Source: Vicinamibacteraceae bacterium (GTDB lineage Bacteria; Acidobacteriota; Thermoanaerobaculia; Multivoradales; Multivoraceae). Taken from it: a stretch of DNA of 64,000 nt. Position 1 is the first letter of the stretch. Each line of letters starts with the position of its first letter. Shown in pieces: positions 58,748 through 64,000 of the stretch. The stretch is from the NCBI GenBank assembly GCA_012270995.1, contig JAAXHG010000062.1:25881-89880 (forward strand), read 5' to 3'. The position numbers and the translations under genes are program-made. The notes below the pieces were generated by a model. That model did no database searches and had not been told where the DNA came from. It saw only the letters and a list, made by a program, of their open reading frames with translations.

Positions 58748-59527
58748 ATGCTGGAACTTGGTCTTGAAGGCAAGGTGGCGATCGTCACCGGCGGCAGCGA
58801 TGGGATGGGGCTCGCCACGGCGCGCCGACTCGTGAACGAGGGGGCCCGCGTCGCGATCTGTGCGCGCCGGGCCGAGAACCTGGAGCGGGCCGCGGACAAG
58901 CTGCGCGCTGTCGGCGGCGGCGACGTGTTCGCGCAGGCCGCCGACGTCACGTCCAGCAGCGACGTCGACCGCTTCATCGACGCGGTGACGGCCGAGTTCG
59001 GCGGCGTCGACATTCTGATCAACAACGCGGGCGCGTCGGCCGCCCAGGGCCTCGAAGCGCTGGGCGACGACGCCTGGATGGCCGACATCGAACTCAAGGT
59101 GATGGGCGCGGTGCGGTTCTGCCGCGGCGTCGTGCCGTCGATGCGCGAGCGCGGCGGCGGCGCCATCGTCAACGCGACGATCGGCGGCGGCAAGGCGGCG
59201 CCGGCTCGGGCGCTGCCGACCAGCGTCACCCGGGCCGCCGGCATCAACCTGACGAAGTCCCTCGCCAACGAACTGGCCGCCGACAACATCCGCGTCAACG
59301 CGATCTGCATCGGCCTGATCAAGAGCGAGCAGTGGGTGCGCCGGGCGAAGAGCCAAGGCGTCGACGTCGAGTCGGTCTACGAGGCGATGGGCAAGCAGGT
59401 TCCCCTGGGGCGCGTCGGCCAGGCCGAGGAGTACGCCGACCTGATCGCGTTCCTGGTGTCGGAACGCGGCGCCTACATCACGGGAACGGCCATCAACCTC
59501 GACGGCGGACTCTGTCCCGTCGTCTGA
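58748..59527 (+). CDS. Short-chain dehydrogenase/reductase (SDR)
   Basis: Cofactor site TGGSDGMGLATARRL. NNAG. Catalytic Ser and the YxxxK region. C-terminal ITGTAINLDGG. Confidence 0.8.
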   Translation: MLELGLEGKVAIVTGGSDGMGLATARRLVNEGARVAICARRAENLERAADKLRAVGGGDVFAQAADVTSSSDVDRFIDAVTAEFGGVDILINNAGASAAQGLEALGDDAWMADIELKVMGAVRFCRGVVPSMRERGGGAIVNATIGGGKAAPARALPTSVTRAAGINLTKSLANELAADNIRVNAICIGLIKSEQWVRRAKSQGVDVESVYEAMGKQVPLGRVGQAEEYADLIAFLVSERGAYITGTAINLDGGLCPVV

Positions 59528-59838
59528 CCTGCAAGCTCCCGCCGGCGTACCGCAAGCTGTTGCGGATGCTTGAGTTGCGGGGAGCTGGACGAGCTTGGGC
59601 CATTGATCTCTCGACATGCTTCGGCTAGCGTGCGCGGCTTGCTGATGCAGGATCGATGGAACCGCGCCCGCGAGACCGACCCTTGTGCAAGAGTTGCGTC
59701 TGCTCGGCCGAAGAGAGAGCGAGGTCATGGAGAGGTCATGGACATCGTCCATGTGCCTGGAACGGCGACTGACAAGGCGGGCGGATCTCGCGGGGCCGGT
59801 TCTCTCCGGTTCTCACGTCCCTGTTCGCGGGCCGTGAC

Positions 59839-62800
59839 GTGAGGGACGTGTCCGCCGCTTCGAGAGTGCCTGGAGGATGTCTCCGCGCGGCGTTGCCTTG
59901 CGTCCTGGCGGTCGTCGCGCTGCTGGCGCCGGCTCAGGCGGCGCAAGCGCAGCGGCTTCTGACACTCGTGCCGGGCGTCGGGCAAGCGGCATCGGTGGGC
60001 GACCTCGGTCCTTCGATCGGGCCGGTTCCGACGGCCGTGCAGGTGGACCTGGGGCTGCTGCGCGCCGCCCCGGCGCGGCTGGAAGTGCCGACGCCCGACG
60101 GCGGCGTGCTGTCCGCGGAACGGAGCGTGTTCGAGGACCGCGGCGGCGGCGACCTGATGTGGTCCGGCGGCCAGCCCGGCGCGGGGTACGACACGGTGGT
60201 GCTGACGGTGGAGGGCGGCCGTCTGGTGGGCCGTTTCGGAGCGGCGGGCGGCGGCGCGTACCAGATCCACGCGGAGCGGGACGGCCGGGGCGGCATGGCG
60301 CCGCTCGTCGGCCCGGGTCTTGAGGGGTGGTGCGGGGTGGAGGCGGGTGCGCAAGACGGCCACGAAATTCATGCCCATGACCTGGCAGCAGCCCATGCAG
60401 CGGATCCTCCCGAGCGCGCGAGCAATCCGCAGAGCCACGATCGGCTGGACATTCTGGTGGCGTACACGGCGACGGCCGCCGAGCACTGGGCCGACCGCGG
60501 CGGCGCTCTTGCGGCGATCCGCCACGCCGGCGACTACCTGAAGATGGTGTTCCGGAACAACGATCTCCCGGTCGAGCCGCACATTGCACACATCGCGCAG
60601 GCGTCGGCGGCCTTGGATCGGGCGGGGAGAGTCCTGGACCGGCACGACCAATGGAGGAACTACAACCCCTTGTACAAATGGATGTTCCGGGACGGCGATC
60701 TGCTGCGCCTTCAGCACGAGCATCGGACCGACTTCGTGCACGTCTTCACGGGCGAACCTCGACACCTTCTCGGGGGTGCTTGCGGCGGCCACCGTCAATT
60801 CACGAAGGGGTCCACCGCCCGCCGCTTCTCCGGCCTCGCCCGGGGCTGGACCACGAACCACCCTGGGCCCTGCCCCGACTACGCCGTCATCTTCGCGCAC
60901 GAGATCGGCCACGGTCTGGGCGCCCACCACGATCGGGCGAACATTGTGGGGTTCGCATCAAACACCGCGCGGAAGAAGGCGCTGGAGTCTCTGTACAGGC
61001 CGTACGCTCTCGGCCACGCGAACTTCGACGTCATGCCGAGCCTGGGAACGGCGATGAGCTACCTGGGCCAGATCGAGCCGTTCTTCTCGACTCCCCGGAT
61101 CCGCCCCTGGGGAGCGGCGGTGGGCATCGCCGACGAGGCGGACAACGAGCGCACGCTTCGCGAGACGGTCCACATCGGCGTGCGCTTCAGCGACCACCTG
61201 CGCTCGATGGACGGCGTTCCGGCGGCGCCGAGCGATCTTCGGGTTCGGTTCGACGGCGGCGCCGCGCGCCTCTCCTGGCGGGACAACGCTCCGGACGCGG
61301 ACGGCTACGAGGTCGCGTACCTGTGGGGATCCGAGTACCTGGAAGAACTCCACGACCGCGAACTCAGCGGGCAGCGGATCCGGGCCGTCGAAGGCCGCAC
61401 CGGGGCGACTCTGCCTCTCGAGTACACGGAACCGGGCTCCCTCTACAGGTTCGAGGTCCGGGCGATCAAGGGCGAAGTCCGGTCTCTGCGCAGCAGCGAG
61501 GTCTGGCTGGTCATCCCGGGCGAGCCGATCGCGGCGCCGTCGGACGTTACCGTGACGGTCGCCTCCAACCTCGATACGGTCGATGTCCGCTGGACCGACA
61601 ACTCGGACAACGAATCGGCGTTTGAAGTGCAGCTGCTGAAGGACGGCGAGCCGATCCTGCGGGACTCGTACTACGGGCCGGACAACGAGCGTGGCCTTTT
61701 CCTTGCCTATACAGTGCAACCTCAAGCCGCCGACGAATACGGCGTACGGGTGTTCGCCTACAACTCGTCGGGTTACTCCGCGAGCAGCGAAGTGGCGACC
61801 TTCCGCTGGGAGCACCCGCACGCTCCGGGACCGGTCGCCGACGTCGCTGCGACGGCCATCGGGCCGAGGACGGTGCGCGTGACCTGGACGCCCGACCCGG
61901 AGGTGGAGCGCTATGACGTCACAGCTTGGCTTAGAGGTTGGGATCACTCGCGCGATTGGTATCCATCACGCGACGGTCCCGCCAGCGCCGCGTGGGTCGA
62001 CTTCGAGGACCTGCCTCGCGGCGGCCGCTACCGGTTCTATGTGCGGCCTCGGGCTGGTCTGGGCTCCGATGCGTTCCTGACCCTGGGCGAGCGCGGCTCG
62101 GGCCCGAAGGCGCCCTCGGACCTTTCCTGGGAGACGGTGGAAGGGCGCGCCGTCATGAGCTGGAAGGACAACTCGAGCGACGAACTGGGCTTCGAGATTC
62201 AGGCCAGCAGCCAAAAGGTGGAGTCGTGGTGGAGGGTGGCTACCGTGCCTCCGAACACGGAATCCGTCGTAGTAGCGGACGCCGCAGGCAGCAATACCAA
62301 CCCGAAGTTTGGTCAGCACGTCGTCCGGGTGTTCGCCTACAACCAACGCGGATTCTCCGCGAGCAGCCCCCGCGTGCCCCGACCGCCGGGCGAGCCGGCG
62401 CCGGGCGAGCCGCCGCGAGTGCCCCCCAAGGCGTCCATCGGCGTCGACTGCTCCGATGATCCCTGCCGTGTACGAACCGGAGAGGAGATCCGGTTCACGG
62501 ATGCGAGCACCGGCAACGTGACGCAGAGGCAGTGGAGCTTCGGCGACGGCGCCACGTCTGACCTGAGCTCGCCGACGCACGCGTGGTCCACGCCAGGGTT
62601 CTACGACGTGACCATGACGGTCAGCGACGGCTCGAGTTCGGACTCGGCGACGCGGACGATGCTCGTGGAGGCGGCGGCACCCGCCGGTTCCTGCCGTTTC
62701 ACTGCGGAGATTCTCTGCCTTCAGGACTCGCGCTTCGAGGTGAATGCGAAGTGGCGGAGCTCGGACGGCGGATCCGGACCCGGACGCGTCGTTCACGCAG

Positions 62801-63054
62801 GCACCAACAACTCGGGCCTGTTCCGGTTCTTCGATCCCGAGAACTGGGAGATCCTGATCAAGGTGCTGGACGGCTGCGGGATCAACGGGCGCATGTGGGT
62901 GCTGGGCGCTTCGACGACCGATCTGGGCTACCGGATCGTGGTCACCGACACGGCGGCCGGCGAGTCGCGGTGGTACTACAACGAGCCGGGCCGGCCGGCG
63001 CCGGCGATCGTCGATACGGAGGCCTTCGCCTGCGGCGCCGGCGCAGGGCCTTAG
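59839..63054 (+). CDS. Secreted metzincin-type zinc metalloprotease with fibronectin-III repeats and a PKD domain
   Basis: Signal peptide. HEIGHGLGAHHD (HExxHxxGxxH). At least three FN3-like repeats (DLRVRFDGGAARLSWRDN...). PKD-like WSFGDGATS...GFYDVTMTVSDG. Confidence 0.65.
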   Translation: MRDVSAASRVPGGCLRAALPCVLAVVALLAPAQAAQAQRLLTLVPGVGQAASVGDLGPSIGPVPTAVQVDLGLLRAAPARLEVPTPDGGVLSAERSVFEDRGGGDLMWSGGQPGAGYDTVVLTVEGGRLVGRFGAAGGGAYQIHAERDGRGGMAPLVGPGLEGWCGVEAGAQDGHEIHAHDLAAAHAADPPERASNPQSHDRLDILVAYTATAAEHWADRGGALAAIRHAGDYLKMVFRNNDLPVEPHIAHIAQASAALDRAGRVLDRHDQWRNYNPLYKWMFRDGDLLRLQHEHRTDFVHVFTGEPRHLLGGACGGHRQFTKGSTARRFSGLARGWTTNHPGPCPDYAVIFAHEIGHGLGAHHDRANIVGFASNTARKKALESLYRPYALGHANFDVMPSLGTAMSYLGQIEPFFSTPRIRPWGAAVGIADEADNERTLRETVHIGVRFSDHLRSMDGVPAAPSDLRVRFDGGAARLSWRDNAPDADGYEVAYLWGSEYLEELHDRELSGQRIRAVEGRTGATLPLEYTEPGSLYRFEVRAIKGEVRSLRSSEVWLVIPGEPIAAPSDVTVTVASNLDTVDVRWTDNSDNESAFEVQLLKDGEPILRDSYYGPDNERGLFLAYTVQPQAADEYGVRVFAYNSSGYSASSEVATFRWEHPHAPGPVADVAATAIGPRTVRVTWTPDPEVERYDVTAWLRGWDHSRDWYPSRDGPASAAWVDFEDLPRGGRYRFYVRPRAGLGSDAFLTLGERGSGPKAPSDLSWETVEGRAVMSWKDNSSDELGFEIQASSQKVESWWRVATVPPNTESVVVADAAGSNTNPKFGQHVVRVFAYNQRGFSASSPRVPRPPGEPAPGEPPRVPPKASIGVDCSDDPCRVRTGEEIRFTDASTGNVTQRQWSFGDGATSDLSSPTHAWSTPGFYDVTMTVSDGSSSDSATRTMLVEAAAPAGSCRFTAEILCLQDSRFEVNAKWRSSDGGSGPGRVVHAGTNNSGLFRFFDPENWEILIKVLDGCGINGRMWVLGASTTDLGYRIVVTDTAAGESRWYYNEPGRPAPAIVDTEAFACGAGAGP

Positions 63055-63088
63055 CCTGTTCGAGAAGGTTCGAGGTGACCTGCGCGTG

Positions 63089-64000
63089 ATGACTTCGAGA
63101 ACGGGCGGACCGGGTTGTGCGGAGCTCCGTCGCGGGGCGGCAGCGGGGCTGTTGCTTGCCCTTGCGTTCACGGCCGGCGCGGCGAGCGGCGGGGACAACG
63201 CGGCGTGGGTGTCGTACTCCGGCGTGCCGAAGGCGCTGGAGCCGAACGAAACGGCGACGGTGACGGTGAAAATGAAGAACACCGGCACGACGACCTGGAA
63301 GACGACGGTCGTCACCGAGACGAAGGGTTCGACCCTGACCACGACGAGGACCTCGTACTCGCTGGATGCGGTTGGCCATGGTTGGGGAGTCAACGGCGTG
63401 GCGGTCACGGGCAGCGTGGCGCCGAACGCGACGCGGAGTTTCCAGTTCACGATCACGGCGCCGGGGACGGCCGGCAACTACACGTTCCAGTGGCGGATGT
63501 CGCGCACCACGGTCGTCACCGACAGGCCCATCGTGGCGAGTTCGACGCCGGGAACCTCCTTCGGCGCGGCGACGCCGAGTCGGACGATCCACGTGGGATC
63601 GGACACGGCGCCGTCGTTCGGGAACCGAACGATCGACGATCAGGAATGGCTGAGGGGCAAGGCGATTGACGCGGTCACGCTGCCGGCGGCGACCGGCGGC
63701 AACGGGCCCCTGTCGTACTCGCTGTCGGGGTGCTACCTGCCCGGGGGCGTGACGTTGGACCCGGCGACGAGGCAGCTCAGCGGCACGCCCAGGACGGCGT
63801 GGGGTCCGACGACATGCACGTGGAAGGTGACGGATGCGGACGACAACACTGCGGCGAGCGATGCGGACACGCTGACCTTCAAGATCACGGTGAAGCGGCC
63901 GATTCTGACGGTGAGCCCGGCGGAGCTGACGGTCGAGGAGGGAAAGACTGGGACCTTCACGGTGGAGCCGTCCGAGCAGCCGACGGGCACGGTGACGGTG
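63089..64000 (+). CDS. Cell-surface protein with Ig-like domains (partial, continues beyond window)
   Basis: Signal peptide MTSRTGGPGCAELRRGAAAGLLLALAFTAGAASG. Thr-rich Ig-like domain. He_PIG/cadherin-like putative Ig motif LPAATGGNGPLSYSLS...LPGGVTLDPATRQLSGTP. No stop before 64000. This frame supersedes the track ORF 63115..63669. Confidence 0.55.
   Translation, partial: MTSRTGGPGCAELRRGAAAGLLLALAFTAGAASGGDNAAWVSYSGVPKALEPNETATVTVKMKNTGTTTWKTTVVTETKGSTLTTTRTSYSLDAVGHGWGVNGVAVTGSVAPNATRSFQFTITAPGTAGNYTFQWRMSRTTVVTDRPIVASSTPGTSFGAATPSRTIHVGSDTAPSFGNRTIDDQEWLRGKAIDAVTLPAATGGNGPLSYSLSGCYLPGGVTLDPATRQLSGTPRTAWGPTTCTWKVTDADDNTAASDADTLTFKITVKRPILTVSPAELTVEEGKTGTFTVEPSEQPTGTVTV

Noticed and set aside
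63115-63669. Track ORF of 184 aa at the contig end
   Set aside because: The product is an Asp/Gly/Arg/His-rich low-complexity peptide. The alternative frame from ATG 63089 gives a signal peptide and Ig-like domains with no stop to the window end.

Overview
This 64 kb window is about 69-70% GC and densely coded on both strands, with roughly 55 protein genes and no rRNA, tRNA or CRISPR array. The gene content points to an Acidobacteria-like, probably marine or symbiont, genome. Evidence for that includes a PadR regulator with tandem ADOP permeases, CarboxypepD-type TonB receptors and a PSD1(DUF1549/DUF1553)+DUF1501 pair. Many genes encode secreted hydrolases or beta-propeller proteins, and two encode PQQ quinoprotein dehydrogenases. 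The protein genes fall into four groups:
- Thiol and amino-acid metabolism: a partial gamma-glutamyltranspeptidase divergent from a GCS2-family ligase, a cysteine-dioxygenase-like cupin, tryptophanase beside a sodium:solute symporter, an SDR and an exported enolase-superfamily enzyme.
- Secreted and periplasmic proteins: three amidohydrolases, a TolB-like propeller, two PQQ quinoprotein dehydrogenases with a cytochrome c and DUF924 partner, a Kelch propeller, a large tandem-repeat protein with a PHP-like domain, a metzincin protease with FN3 and PKD domains, and a partial Ig-domain surface protein.
- Transport and regulation: an Nramp-like transporter, a TonB-dependent receptor, a PadR regulator with a MacAB-like ATPase and adaptor plus two tandem ADOP permeases, and a CadC/OmpR-type regulator with TPR repeats.
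- Toxin-antitoxin loci: four complete modules (VapBC twice, RelE with an RHH antitoxin, HicAB) and one orphan VapB-like antitoxin.
The most notable feature is a two-gene cassette on one strand: an ERG6-like sterol 24-C-methyltransferase followed 17 bp later by a KshA/Neverland-like Rieske oxygenase. No squalene epoxidase, oxidosqualene cyclase or CYP51 is present in the window. Repeats include a ~170 bp MITE-like palindromic element in two copies and a GC hairpin found twice immediately after stop codons. Palindromic operator-like sites lie upstream of two VapB genes. One DUF1254/DUF1214 gene is frameshifted, and two adjacent small membrane ORFs are separated only by an in-frame TAG. Product calls rest on motifs read directly from the translations; no database search was possible.
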